Assembly: GCA_963779615.1 (NCBI GenBank)
Contig: CAVZZA010000005.1
Span: 1-64,000 of the forward strand
Origin: an uncultured Nitrososphaeraceae archaeon
GTDB taxonomy: Archaea; Thermoproteota; Nitrososphaeria; Nitrososphaerales; Nitrososphaeraceae
Length of the DNA: 64,000 nt
Direction of reading: 5' to 3'
Shown: positions 32,068 through 43,700 of the stretch, one piece after another
How positions within the stretch are numbered: position 1 is the first letter of the stretch
Layout of the letters: each line of letters opens with the position of its first letter
Notes under the pieces: model-generated
Database searches by the model: none
What the model was told of the DNA's origin: nothing
Seen by the model: only the letters and a program-made list of their open reading frames with translations
Position numbers and translations under genes: made by a program

Positions 32068-32877
32068 ATGGATTGGGGATTGAAAAATAGATTTTCAAAA
32101 ATTATCAGGCCAGAAGATGGACGCTGTGTGATGTTGGCCGTAGACCACGGTTATTTTCTCGGGCCGACAGAAAAACTAGAAAACCCGAAGGAGACCATAA
32201 AGCCTTTGCTTTCACATGCCGATTCAATAATGTTAACCCGGGGGATTCTGCGAACATCTGTTTCTCCCGAAAGTAATGTACCTATAGTTTTAAGAGTTTC
32301 AGGGGGCTCAAGCATCATTGGAGAAGATTTATCCAATGAAACAATAGTTACATCCATAGACGAAGCAATCAAATTGAATGCATCGTGCCTAGCATTGTCC
32401 ATTTTTGTCGGAAGCAAATACGAATCTCAAACGCTAACTAATCTAGCCAAATTAGTGGATGAGGGCCAGAGATTTGATATTCCTGTTTTAGCCGTAACCG
32501 CTGTTGGAAAAGAAATGGCCAGAGATGCGAGATACCTGGCATTGGCCTGCCGAATTGCAGCTGAGTTGGGAGCGCACATAGTAAAGACATATTATTGCAA
32601 AGATTTTACAAAGGTGGTTGAAAGTTGCCCAATTCCAATAATCATAGCAGGTGGCAAGAAGATATCGGAAAAAGATGCCCTACAATTGACTTTTGATGCC
32701 ATAAATGATGGCGCGTCAGGTGTGGACATGGGAAGAAACATCTGGCAATCAGACTATCCTATCGCAATGATTAAAGCAGTAAAATCAATTGTACATGAGA
32801 ATTACAATTTTCAAGATGCCTATGATTTATTCATAACAGAATCCAAAGGAAAAAGCAAAATTCAAATAGAAAAATAA
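32068..32877 (+). CDS. lsrF: LsrF-like class I aldolase/thiolase
   Basis: MDWGLKNR, MLAVDHGYFLGPT, ELGAHIVKTYY, GVDMGRNIWQ. Confidence 0.88.
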   Translation: MDWGLKNRFSKIIRPEDGRCVMLAVDHGYFLGPTEKLENPKETIKPLLSHADSIMLTRGILRTSVSPESNVPIVLRVSGGSSIIGEDLSNETIVTSIDEAIKLNASCLALSIFVGSKYESQTLTNLAKLVDEGQRFDIPVLAVTAVGKEMARDARYLALACRIAAELGAHIVKTYYCKDFTKVVESCPIPIIIAGGKKISEKDALQLTFDAINDGASGVDMGRNIWQSDYPIAMIKAVKSIVHENYNFQDAYDLFITESKGKSKIQIEK

Positions 32878-33109
32878 ATTAAAAACATATAGCAATGACA
32901 ATTTAGTAAAATGTAATTCCAGCTTTGCAGAACAACGACTGCTATTTTTTTCGTAATAATATTTATTAAATCAAAACAAGGAATGTGTACTTAATAAAAG
33001 ATGTTGAAAAAATCAATTTGTTATAATATGGCCTTTAAAATGGATTTCAATTTAAAAGTTTTTTATTTTAAATTTTAAATATTTTAATTAGGAGATGTTT
33101 TGATAATCA

Positions 33110-34801
33110 ATGAGTGAAATTTCTGGCGCAGCTGCTTTATTGACTGCCTTAGAGAAAGAAAAGGTAGAATATATATTTGGTCTTCCAGGGGGAGCCAATC
33201 TTCCAATTTATGATGCATTAGTCGACTCTAAAATAAGACATATTTTAGTCAGACACGAACAAGCTGCCGCGCATATGGCAGATGGATATGCAAGGATAAA
33301 AAGAAAGGCAGGTGTTTGTTTTGCTACATCAGGGCCCGGAGCCACTAATCTTGTAACAGGAATTGCTACAGCATATGCAGACTCTTCCCCCATCGTAGCT
33401 GTAACAGGTCAGGTGGCAGTACCAATGATAGGAAAAGATGCATTTCAAGAAATAGATATCATTGGAGTAACCAACCCATGTACAAAATATGCCTTCCAGC
33501 CAAGACACGCATCAGAAATCCCCGAAGCAGTAAAAAAATCGTTTTATATTGCTGAGAGCGGCAGACCTGGTCCAGTATTAATTGACATTCCAAAAGACGT
33601 ACAGCAGCAGGTAACAAATGTAGAATTTCCGGAATACATAAAGGTTAGGGGATACAACCCCGTTGTGGACCCCGATTTATCGGAAATAAATAAGGCATGT
33701 GACATGTTGCTGAAGGCTGAAAAACCTGTAATTATGGCTGGAGGCGGTGTAATTCTATCTGGAGCTTTTTCCGAATTGCAAACCTTGGCGGAGTTGTTAT
33801 CAATTCCGGTAGTTACAACATTCAAAGGTAAGGGAGCATTTCCTGAAAACCATCAGTTAGCTTTGGGGCCAATAGGCATGCATGGACATGCAGAAGCAAA
33901 TAGAATGATCCTTGAGGCAGATTGCATAGTGGCGATAGGGGCAAGGTTTTCGGATAGAACTGTAGGGAGATTTGATGAATTTGGTAAAGACATCAACGTA
34001 ATTCATTTTGACATAGATCCTGCTGAAATCGGCAAGAATAAATCCGTAAACGCAGCGGTAATTGGTGATGTAAAATCATCATTAAGAACCTTAATTAAAA
34101 TGATACCAAAAACATTCAAAACAGATGAAGAGGCCTCAAAGCTATGGTTGAATAGGAAAAAGGAATTGGTGGATTACTATATCGACAATCTTAAGGATTA
34201 TTCAAGGGAAATTACTGCTAAAAAGGCCTTGAAAAAATTAAGGGAGATATTACCCTCAAATGGAATAGTAACAACAGAAGTTGGTCAATGCCAAATGTGG
34301 GCATCGTTACACTTTGATGTCATATCACCTGGAACTTTTTTCAGCTCTACCGGATTAGGAACTATGGGTTTTGGTTTCCCAGCTTCAATTGGAGCCAAAG
34401 CTGCCAGAAAAAATGTTCCAGTTGTAGACATTGCAGGAGACGGTTCATTTAACATGACTGAAAACTCACTGGCGGTATCGGTGTTAGAAGATCTTCCTGT
34501 TATTGTTTTCATTTTAAACAACTTTATGTTAGGGATGGTTGCACAATGGCAACGTACATTTTATAATAGAAGATACAGTGGAGTTCATTTAAAAAACTGT
34601 CCCGACTACTGCAAAATAGCAGAAGCATATGGCGCTCAAGGTATTCGTGTTCAATCAATGGAAGAGTTAGAAAAATCATTAAAAACTGCGGTAAACTCAA
34701 ATATAGCTACTGTAATCGATATTCCAATTGATCCTAATGAAGATGTATATCCATTTGTTGCTCCAGGTACAGGCTTGAAAGATATGGTTGTTGGAGCCTG
34801 A
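33110..34801 (+). CDS. ilvB: acetolactate synthase large subunit
   Basis: RHEQAAAHMADGY, TSGPGATN, GDGSF...NN ThDP motif. Confidence 0.96.
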   Translation: MSEISGAAALLTALEKEKVEYIFGLPGGANLPIYDALVDSKIRHILVRHEQAAAHMADGYARIKRKAGVCFATSGPGATNLVTGIATAYADSSPIVAVTGQVAVPMIGKDAFQEIDIIGVTNPCTKYAFQPRHASEIPEAVKKSFYIAESGRPGPVLIDIPKDVQQQVTNVEFPEYIKVRGYNPVVDPDLSEINKACDMLLKAEKPVIMAGGGVILSGAFSELQTLAELLSIPVVTTFKGKGAFPENHQLALGPIGMHGHAEANRMILEADCIVAIGARFSDRTVGRFDEFGKDINVIHFDIDPAEIGKNKSVNAAVIGDVKSSLRTLIKMIPKTFKTDEEASKLWLNRKKELVDYYIDNLKDYSREITAKKALKKLREILPSNGIVTTEVGQCQMWASLHFDVISPGTFFSSTGLGTMGFGFPASIGAKAARKNVPVVDIAGDGSFNMTENSLAVSVLEDLPVIVFILNNFMLGMVAQWQRTFYNRRYSGVHLKNCPDYCKIAEAYGAQGIRVQSMEELEKSLKTAVNSNIATVIDIPIDPNEDVYPFVAPGTGLKDMVVGA

Positions 34802-34808
34802 TAGTCAA

Positions 34809-35342
34809 ATGGACAATAAACCCATTTTTCCAAATTATAGTGATATAACCCTTTATATTTTGTCAGTAATTGTAGAAAATAAGCCCGGCGTATTATTCAG
34901 GATTACTAATCTTTTTAGGTCAAGAAATTTCAATATTGAAAGTATTACTGTCGGGATAACTGAAAAACCTGATCTGTCTAGAATGACCATAACAACCAAA
35001 TCGGATGTAAAAACATTAGAACAACTGGTAAAACAATTACGCAAAACTATAGATGTGATTCAAGTTAGTGTACTAGACAAGGAAAATGCGGTGTATAGGG
35101 AATTAGCTCTGATTAAAATGAATGCAAAAGATCCAACATCAAGAATCGAAATAGCTAACTTTGCATCAATATACCGAGGGAATATTATGGATATAAGTAA
35201 CGAAACTATGACTGTGGAATTAATCGGGACGCCCGATAAAATCGATGCCTTTAAAAATTTGGTTTCAAGTTATGGCATAATTCAGGTTGCTCGCACAGGA
35301 GTTTCAGCATTGCCACGGGGAGGAATAAACGATGAACTCTAG
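34809..35342 (+). CDS. ilvN: acetolactate synthase small subunit
   Basis: LSVIVENKPGVL ACT domain, RELALIK, ARTG. Confidence 0.95.
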   Translation: MDNKPIFPNYSDITLYILSVIVENKPGVLFRITNLFRSRNFNIESITVGITEKPDLSRMTITTKSDVKTLEQLVKQLRKTIDVIQVSVLDKENAVYRELALIKMNAKDPTSRIEIANFASIYRGNIMDISNETMTVELIGTPDKIDAFKNLVSSYGIIQVARTGVSALPRGGINDEL

Positions 35343-36847
35343 CAGCAGAAAAATCAGGATTTTTGACACGACATTAAGGGATGGAGAACAAACTCCTGGA
35401 GTCAATGTCTCTCCAAATCAAAAAATAGATATCGCAATAAAGCTTGATGAGCTTGGAGTTGATGCGATTGAAGCAGGATTTCCCGTAGTTTCCCCAGGTG
35501 AGGAGGAGGCGATAAAAAAAATATGCAAACTAGGGCTTAAGGCAGATATCTGCGGTTTGGCTCGAACGGTAAAAAATGATATAGATGTAGCAATTGGTTG
35601 TGATTTAACGTATATTCACACTTTTATTGCAACATCGGATATACACCTACAATATAAATTAAAAATGACCAGAGAACAGGTTTTGGATAAAGCGATATTT
35701 GCTGTAGAATACGCCAAAAAACATGGTTTAAAGGTGGAATTTTCTGCAGAGGACGCCACAAGATCCGACAGACAATTTCTCAACCAAGTTTTCAAAGCAG
35801 TAGCGGAGGCTGGTGTGGATAGAATTGACATACCAGACACAGTTGGGTACTCAACCCCAAAATATATTTCTCAATTGGTAACAGATGTAATTACGGCAAC
35901 CAAATTGCCAGTAAGTGTACATTGTCATGACGATTTTGGGCTTGCGGTTGCAAATTCTATTTCCGGATTTGAAGCAGGAGCATCATGCGCCCATGTAACA
36001 ATTAACGGATTAGGCGAAAGGGCAGGGAACGCATCGTTAGAAGAGGTAGTAATGGCATTACAATGCCTTTATAATTTTCAGCACAACATCAATTCAACTA
36101 TCTTGTATGATGTTTCAAGGTTTGTCTCAAACACCATGGGAATTATTGTACAGCCCAATAAAGCGATTATTGGCGAAAATGCATTTGGGCATGAATCTGG
36201 CATTCATACTCATGGAATAATAAACAATCCCCTTACCTACGAGCCGATCAGCCCCGAATTGGTAGGCAGAAAAAGATGGCTACAAGCTGGAAAACATGCA
36301 GGCACACATGGAATCAAAGCAATTTTAGATGAGTTTGCCATTAAAGCAACAGAAGAACAGTTAAAACAAATAGTAGATAAACAAAAGATAATAGCTGATT
36401 CAGGGCAACCAATAACTACTTCAGACTTACTATCAATAGCATCCGAAGTCATTAAAAATAAGAAATTTGATGAGAAATTTAAACTAAATGAATTTCATAT
36501 AGTTACGGGGTTAAACATCACACCTACCGCAGTTGTAAAGCTAAACATTCATGACAAAGATGTTATTGCCTCAGATACAGGTGTTGGACCAGTTGATGCA
36601 GCACTAAAAGCAATTCAGACCATTGCAAATGAAATAGCAAGCATAAAAATTAGAGAATATAAATTGGACTCAATTACAGGCGGCTCAGATGCCTGTGCAG
36701 AAGTACCTGGTCAAAGTTGAAGACAGGGAGGGCAATATAATTTCAGCACGGAAATCGGGCAAAGATATAGTGGTAACGTCAGTCCAAGCGGTAATCGACG
36801 CCATCAACACAAGCATGTTAAAAAAACTAATCCTAAAAGAAAATTAA
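35332..36847 (+). CDS. leuA: 2-isopropylmalate synthase family enzyme (extra C near 36706)
   Basis: [26 protein letters not shown]; removing one C restores [12 protein letters not shown]...AINTSM to TAA 36845-36847. Confidence 0.9.
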
Positions 36848-36883
36848 GTTAAATGAATAACTTTTCTTGCCCTTTATTACGTC

Positions 36884-37924
36884 ATGACAAGATATAAAAT
36901 TTCGCTTCTAGTTGGTGATGGGATAGGTCCCGAACTATCAGAATGCGTAAACAAAATATTAGAGAACATTCATGACAAATCGTCCTCATTAAAATTTGAA
37001 ATAGTCAAAGTAGAAGCAGGTGATAACGCCTTACAGAAATACAACTCAGCTTTACCTGAAGATTCATTTACAAAAATAAAGAATTCCCAAGCTTGTCTCA
37101 AGTCCCCAGTTGGGGAGTCTGCTGCGGATGTCGTATTGGTTTTAAGGCGACACTTTGAACTGTTTGCAAATATTCGGCCATCAAAAAATTATCCTAATAT
37201 CAATTCGATTTCAAAAGACGTAGATTTGATAACAGTTAGAGAAAACACAGAGGATCTTTATCTAGGATGGGAATTTTTTTCTGACGACAATACGGTTATT
37301 TCATTGAGAAAAATAAGCAGAGAAGCCTCTAAAAAAATTTCAGAATATGGATTCAAAATAGCCAATACAAGAATCAAAAAAAAAGTAACAATAGTACACA
37401 AGTCAAATGTTCTGAGAAAAAGTGACAGGCTTTTTATTGAAACTGCGAAAGAAGTTTCAAAAAAATATTTGGATGTTCATGTGGAAGAAATGTACGTTGA
37501 TGCCTGCTCCATGGAACTTGTAAGAAATCCAAACCGATTTGATGTAATTTTAACGACAAATCTATTTGGGGACATTATTTCAGACGAGGCGGCTCAAGTA
37601 ACGGGGAGTATAGGTTTAGCTCCGGCTGCAAATATCGGGGAAAATTTTGCTTTGTTTGAGCCTGTGCATGGAGCGGCTTTTGACATTGCTGGAAAGAACA
37701 TAGCTAATCCTACTGCTTTTATATTAGCTTTAAAAATGATGTTTGATTGGCTGGGAAATAAATACAATGATAAAAAAATTACAAGTCAATCTCTTAAAGT
37801 TGAAAAAGCTGTTGACCTAATTTTTAAAAAGAATATAAAAACCAAGGATATTGGTGGAGAGTTATCTACTTTTGATTTCAATAAAAAGTTCTTGCAAATA
37901 TTGGATCTTGGCGGGTATGACTAA
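36884..37924 (+). CDS. leuB: 3-isopropylmalate dehydrogenase (isocitrate/isopropylmalate family)
   Basis: GDGIGPE, RENTE, NLFGDIISD, EPVHGAAFDIAG; operon context. Confidence 0.88.
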   Translation: MTRYKISLLVGDGIGPELSECVNKILENIHDKSSSLKFEIVKVEAGDNALQKYNSALPEDSFTKIKNSQACLKSPVGESAADVVLVLRRHFELFANIRPSKNYPNINSISKDVDLITVRENTEDLYLGWEFFSDDNTVISLRKISREASKKISEYGFKIANTRIKKKVTIVHKSNVLRKSDRLFIETAKEVSKKYLDVHVEEMYVDACSMELVRNPNRFDVILTTNLFGDIISDEAAQVTGSIGLAPAANIGENFALFEPVHGAAFDIAGKNIANPTAFILALKMMFDWLGNKYNDKKITSQSLKVEKAVDLIFKKNIKTKDIGGELSTFDFNKKFLQILDLGGYD

Positions 37925-37930
37925 CGTTTA

Positions 37931-38515
37931 TCAATGCTTTACTATTTCATCAAATAAATTCTTCAAGATCCTTGCAGTGGCACCCCAAATTAAAAAATCA
38001 TCGACAAAAAATTTGTACATCCTAAAGTTTTTACTTGAATGATAATCATCTTCGGACAAAGAGTCCATTAACTTTTCAATAGGCAAACTAATTATCTGTT
38101 CAACCTCTGAATTTGATTTAAGCTTGTCAGTGATGTTTTCTTCTTCTAATGCAATAAATGGATAAATTAAGATTTTAGTGGTATAGGTATAGGTTGGATT
38201 GAGGCATCCAATTATCTGTTTTTTCTTTACAGCTAAACTTATCTCTTCATGCGTCTCCCTTAGGGCAGTGTCTAAAATTGATTTATCCGATGGAGAAAAT
38301 TTTCCACCGGGAAATGATATTTCACCTGCATGATTTTTCAAGTTTGGATTTCTTTTAGTCAATATTACTGAAGGAATATTTTCGGGAAAATGAATAATGA
38401 CCAAAACACTGGAATAAACTTTATCTGGGTTAAACCAAGAGATATCTTTATGGGCCGGAATTTTGAAACTTTTGATGTTTGAAAACCTTTCATGAAATTG
38501 TTTGGGGGATAACAA
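37931..38515 (-). CDS. Nudix hydrolase, CoA pyrophosphatase type
   Basis: HAGEISFPGG...TALRETHEE, IWGATA. Confidence 0.93.
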   Translation of the reverse strand: MLSPKQFHERFSNIKSFKIPAHKDISWFNPDKVYSSVLVIIHFPENIPSVILTKRNPNLKNHAGEISFPGGKFSPSDKSILDTALRETHEEISLAVKKKQIIGCLNPTYTYTTKILIYPFIALEEENITDKLKSNSEVEQIISLPIEKLMDSLSEDDYHSSKNFRMYKFFVDDFLIWGATARILKNLFDEIVKH

Positions 38516-38591
38516 TAACTTAAAATATATATTACAAAACCTTTAAAAAACTTTTTTTATATATAATAAACACTGTATTTATAGGTAAAAG

Positions 38592-39374
38592 ATGAATGTT
38601 ATCTATGAAATAAATCCCCCTAAAATCTTACATGACTCAGTTATCAACATCAATACAATAAACCAGGAAATAGAAAAATTTCTCTACAGGACCATGATTC
38701 TCAGCAAACTTACGAATTTTATACACATCACCGATTCAGTTTTAGGAATCCCCAGGATATCAAGCATTCATGGGGCCGCCTTGATAACTGAAAATTTAAA
38801 GAATGATCAATTAAAAATAAGTTGTAGCGTAAGGACTCGGGACAGAAACATCAATTCGTTAATTCAATTTGCAACTCAATCGGTTTATTTGAAAGTAAAA
38901 GATTTATTATTCATAATGGGTGACAAACCTCAACTAAATAACAAAATCCCCGAGGATACGCAACTATCTAAGCCCACAGATGTGATTAAAATACTCAATT
39001 CCCTTGGGTACAGTGACCTGATAAACTTAAACTTATCAGTACCAAACAAGATTATAAATAGTAACAATTTTATTAAAAAAAAACAGGCAAATCCTTATGG
39101 ATTTATAACACAATCAATTAATTCAGTTCAAGAAGTAAAAGACATAAAAAGAATGCTAGAGCCAAGTCCAATAAAATTGATTCCTTGTATTATGATTCCT
39201 TCTGAAAAAAATAGTCAGGCTGCAAAAATGATTGGACTGGATTGGAACGAATATGAGGATAACCTGCTAGAGTTTATTCTTCAAGTTGGAAAACTTGTTG
39301 ACCAAATTTTAATTACATCCCCGAATAGCTTTAGCGAGGGTGTGGAATTATTAAGTAAAATTAAAAGTTTTTAA
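38592..39374 (+). CDS. divergent methylenetetrahydrofolate reductase-like protein
   Basis: YEINPPK, ITDS, RTRDRN, MGD, ITQ. Confidence 0.75.
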   Translation: MNVIYEINPPKILHDSVININTINQEIEKFLYRTMILSKLTNFIHITDSVLGIPRISSIHGAALITENLKNDQLKISCSVRTRDRNINSLIQFATQSVYLKVKDLLFIMGDKPQLNNKIPEDTQLSKPTDVIKILNSLGYSDLINLNLSVPNKIINSNNFIKKKQANPYGFITQSINSVQEVKDIKRMLEPSPIKLIPCIMIPSEKNSQAAKMIGLDWNEYEDNLLEFILQVGKLVDQILITSPNSFSEGVELLSKIKSF

Positions 39375-39395
39375 TCTATTATCTATATTTTTATA

Positions 39396-40175
39396 TTATT
39401 TTTTTGTCTGAATTATCTCTGTTTTTAATTCATCCAAAACCAATCTGTTATATTCAAATAAATTAGAATCTTCAGATAACCTGGGCCTCCGATAATCAAT
39501 CACTATCTCCTTCTTTACGGATGCAGGTCTTTTGGTGAAAACCACAACTTTATCGCCTAGACAAATTGATTCGGATATGTTATGGGTTACAAATATTATC
39601 GTTTTTCTTGTTTTAGCCCATATCAATTGAAGCTCCACTAACAATAGATCCCGAGTTTGAGAATCTAAAGCAGCAAATGGCTCATCCATTAACAAAATAT
39701 CGGGATCCATGGATAACGCACGAGATATAGCAACTCTCTGCTTCATGCCGCCTGAGAGTTGATAGGTATAGGATTTAGCAAATTTGCCTAGATCCATCAT
39801 ATCTAGGTAATGCATAGCAATTTTTCTTCTTTTTTCTTTTTCGACGCCTACCATCTTTAATCCAAATTCAACGTTATCTATAACACTTAACCATGGAAAC
39901 AGGGCATTTTCTTGAAATACCATTATTCTGTCGGGTCCTGTTTCGAAAATCGGTCTTCCATTTAAAACCATTTCCCCATCCGAAGGCTTTTCCAATCCTG
40001 CAATTATATTTAAAAGTGTAGACTTTCCACAGCCGGACGGTCCAACAAAGCAAACAAATTGACCTTCTTCAATTGATAAATTTACATCACTAACCGCCAA
40101 AACTTTATTTTTTTCACCCTTATTGCCATTAAGGGAAAATGTTTTAGATATGTGTTTAATTTCTAATTTACTCAA
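39396..40175 (-). CDS. NitT/TauT-type ABC ATPase (SsuB-like)
   Basis: GPSGCGKST, FQENALFPW, LSGGMKQR, MDEPFAALD, VTH. Confidence 0.94.
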   Translation of the reverse strand: MSKLEIKHISKTFSLNGNKGEKNKVLAVSDVNLSIEEGQFVCFVGPSGCGKSTLLNIIAGLEKPSDGEMVLNGRPIFETGPDRIMVFQENALFPWLSVIDNVEFGLKMVGVEKEKRRKIAMHYLDMMDLGKFAKSYTYQLSGGMKQRVAISRALSMDPDILLMDEPFAALDSQTRDLLLVELQLIWAKTRKTIIFVTHNISESICLGDKVVVFTKRPASVKKEIVIDYRRPRLSEDSNLFEYNRLVLDELKTEIIQTKK

Positions 40176-40265
40176 TTAAATTAATATTTTTTCCTGTCCT
40201 GATAATATAACTTATTCATATATGAAAGATTATTATTCCTAAAATTCAACATATTAACGAAGTAA

Positions 40266-42098
40266 GTGAAAAAAAAAATTGTTTTGGATACAAGTATTAT
40301 AATAGATGGCGAAATAAGTAAAAGAATTGACAACAATGAGATTAATGAAAACCACGAAATAATAATTCCTCTTGCAGTAATTGATGAATTACAATCGCAG
40401 GCTTGTAAACTAAAAGAACATGGCACAATAGGACTGATAGAGTTAAAAAATATCAGAGAAAAAAGCCTTGAAAAAAAAATCAATTTCAACTATGCGGGGG
40501 AAAAACCCAGTCTTTCAGAAATAAAACTAGCAAAAAATGGGAGAATAGATTCGATAATTAACGATATTGCCAAGAATGAAAACGCCACTTTATTCACATC
40601 CGATTTTATTCAACATTTGGTTGCTGATGCTACTGGAATTTTAAATGTCCATAAAAAATCAGAGGTTTCGGAAGTTTACAATATCGAGAATTATTTTGAT
40701 GACAACTCAATGAGTGTCCATTTAATAGAAGGCATAGAACCATTGGCCAAAAAAGGGACTCCAGGAAATTTTTCCCTAGAAAAGATTTCCGATAAAAAAA
40801 TAGATAAAGATAATTTAAATAAAATAATAAATTTTTTATTTTCGGTAAAGGATAACAATAGGGTAGCTAACATAGAGATAGCATTTGAAGGGTGCTATGT
40901 TATAATGTATAAAAATCTTAGAATTGTTATCACTCAACCACCTATATCAAATAAAATTGAGATAACAGCTGTTAGACCAATAAAAAAACTATCGTTAAGT
41001 GACTATGAGATAACAGATGAGCTTATAAAAAGAATATCAAGTGAGGCCGAAGGAATTTTAATTGCTGGCCCTCCAGGTTCAGGAAAAAGTACCTTTGCAA
41101 GTAGTATTGCAGAACACTATGTTCTAAACAACAAGTTGGTAAAAACATTGGAATCTCCCAGAGATTTACAAGTTCCAGAAAGTGTGGTTCAATACGGATC
41201 ATTTAAAAATGGCTATGAAAAGGTTTCGGATCTCTTGTTACTGGTTAGGCCTGATTTTACCATATTTGATGAGGTGAGAAAAATCAAAGATTTCGAGTTA
41301 TTTGCAGATATGAGATTAACTGGGATAGGTATGATTGGGGTAATCCATGCAAGTAAGGCATTGGATGCAATTCAAAGGTTTATCGGTAAAATCGAACTTG
41401 GTATGATTCCTCACATAATTGATACCGTAATTTTCATTCATGAAGGCCATATCAAAAAAATATATGAGCTTAACCTAACGGTCAAGGTTCCATCAGGCAT
41501 GATGGAACAGGATTTGGCAAGACCTGTAGTGGAAGTCAAAGATTTTTATTCTAAAGAAACGGAGTATGAAATTTATTCCTATGGAGAAGAGAATGTGATA
41601 ATTCCTCTAAAAAACATAGATAAAGCTACAGAAAAAAATAATAGCAATAAAATCAATAAATTAGCAGAATCAAAGATAAGAGAAATAATAAACCGGTTCG
41701 ATTCCCATGCCGAAATTAAGATCATATCATCGGATAAGGTCAGAATCTTATTGAATAAAGAGGCCATTCCCAAAATAATAGGTAGGGGAGGCAGCACAAT
41801 TTCAGAAATAGAAAAAGTGTTAGGCATCAAGATAGATGTGGAAGCAAAAACCCCTACATTTGGTGAGGAGATGCAGTTTAGTGTTACAGAGTCAGGCGCA
41901 CATATTTATTTTATAGTTGAGGAGAACCTCATAGGGAAAAAAACAAATTTATTTTTAAATGATGAACTGCTTTTGAGCAACCTAATCGGAAAGAAGGCAA
42001 GACTAAAGATAGATAAAAAATCAGAAGCAGGTAGAAAAATTCTTAATACTATTTTGAGTAACAATATAAGCGCAATAAAACTTTATGAAACCAAATAA
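40266..42098 (+). CDS. PIN-domain/ATPase/KH-domain protein (PINA type)
   Basis: VLDTSIIIDG (PIN), GPPGSGKST, ESPRDL, FDEVR, IIGRGG (KH). Confidence 0.93.
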   Translation: MKKKIVLDTSIIIDGEISKRIDNNEINENHEIIIPLAVIDELQSQACKLKEHGTIGLIELKNIREKSLEKKINFNYAGEKPSLSEIKLAKNGRIDSIINDIAKNENATLFTSDFIQHLVADATGILNVHKKSEVSEVYNIENYFDDNSMSVHLIEGIEPLAKKGTPGNFSLEKISDKKIDKDNLNKIINFLFSVKDNNRVANIEIAFEGCYVIMYKNLRIVITQPPISNKIEITAVRPIKKLSLSDYEITDELIKRISSEAEGILIAGPPGSGKSTFASSIAEHYVLNNKLVKTLESPRDLQVPESVVQYGSFKNGYEKVSDLLLLVRPDFTIFDEVRKIKDFELFADMRLTGIGMIGVIHASKALDAIQRFIGKIELGMIPHIIDTVIFIHEGHIKKIYELNLTVKVPSGMMEQDLARPVVEVKDFYSKETEYEIYSYGEENVIIPLKNIDKATEKNNSNKINKLAESKIREIINRFDSHAEIKIISSDKVRILLNKEAIPKIIGRGGSTISEIEKVLGIKIDVEAKTPTFGEEMQFSVTESGAHIYFIVEENLIGKKTNLFLNDELLLSNLIGKKARLKIDKKSEAGRKILNTILSNNISAIKLYETK

Positions 42099-42106
42099 AA
42101 AAGTGA

Positions 42107-43688
42107 TTAAAATGAATTTTTTGGTGAATAGGAACCAAATATTTCTTTCAACCCGTTACTTATTTCCCCAAGTGTTACTCTGCTTTTAACTGCAGATATA
42201 ATAAAGGGCATTAGATTAACATCCTGTTTTTCTGCAGAAGAGATAAGGTCAGAAATAGAATGTTGAACCTTTATGCTATCCCGAGACCTTTTAAATTCCT
42301 TTAATTTATTTATCTGTTTCATTTCAAGTTGATGATCAATAACATTTAATTTAGGTTCGACATCCTTGGAATCTCTAAATTTGTTGACACCTACAATAAC
42401 TCTTTTATTTTGATCAATCTCCTTTTTTAACTCGTATGCATTTTTTCTAATCTCCTCTTGGAAAAAGTTACTTTCAATAGCTGCCAATGACCCACCCATT
42501 TTCTCAATTTTATCAAGATAGGTATTCACACCATTAACTATTTGTTCAGTTAAATACTCAATATAATACGAACCAGCCAATGGATCAACAGTTTTAGTAA
42601 CGCCTGTCTCAGTTGCAATAATTTGTTGGGTACAGAAGGGCAATTTTAACTGATTCTTCAGTTGGTAATGCTAATGCTTCATCGCGTGAGTTGGTATGCA
42701 AAGATTGACACCCACCCAAAACAGCAGCTAATGCCTCTGTTGCAACTCTAACGATATTGTTATCAACCTGTTGTGCTGTTAATGATTCTCCGCTAGTTTG
42801 AACATGAAATCTTAAATGCAAAGATTTTGGATCTTGAGCATTGAATCTTTCTTTAATAATTTTTGAATAAATAATTCTTGCTGCTCTGAACTTGGCAATT
42901 TCTTCGAAAAACTCCATGGTACAACAAAAGAAAAATGAAAGCCTAGGAGCAAAATCATCTATATGAAGTCCTTTGCTAATACATGTATTTATATATTCTA
43001 TGGCATTTGCAAAAGTGAATGCTAGCTCCTGAACCGCATTAGAACCTGCTTCTCTAATATGATAACCCGAAATACTTATTGGATACCATTGAGGCACATG
43101 AAGCGAACAATATTGTATCATATCACCAATAAGCCTCAGTGATGGTTTTGGTGGATATATGTAGGTGTTTCTAGCTATATATTCTTTTAAAATATCGTTT
43201 TGGGTTGTACCTCTTATTTGAGAGGGCGGTATTCCCTGATACTCTGCTGCGGAAATATACAAAGACAAGAGTATAGATGCAGTAGAATTTATGGTCATCG
43301 AAGTACTTACCTTGTCCAAAGGGATACCTTCAAAACAAGTAAGCATATCCTCAATAGAACTTATTGGTACTCCTGTTCTACCAACCTCACCTTCAGATTG
43401 AGGATTGTCAGAATCTCTTCCAGTTTGTGTCGGTAAATCAAAAGCCAATGATAAACCTGTTTGACCATGATCTAACAAAAATTTGAATCTTCTATTAGTT
43501 TCCTCTGCACTACCAAAACCACTATACTGCCTCATTGTCCAAAGACGCTCCCTATACATTGTAGGATATACCCCTCTCAAAAATGGATATGTACCAGGAT
43601 CAGTTTCTTTTTCTTTTTTAATATCCTGTTTTGTAAAGAATTGTTTTACAGGAATACCAGAATCGGTTTTATCTGTGTTTTCGTTCAT
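42107..43688 (-). CDS. methylmalonyl-CoA mutase large (substrate-binding) subunit (extra base at ~42634)
   Basis: [37 protein letters not shown]; removing one base restores IALRTQQIIA. Confidence 0.93.
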
Positions 43689-43700
43689 ATGCTATACATA

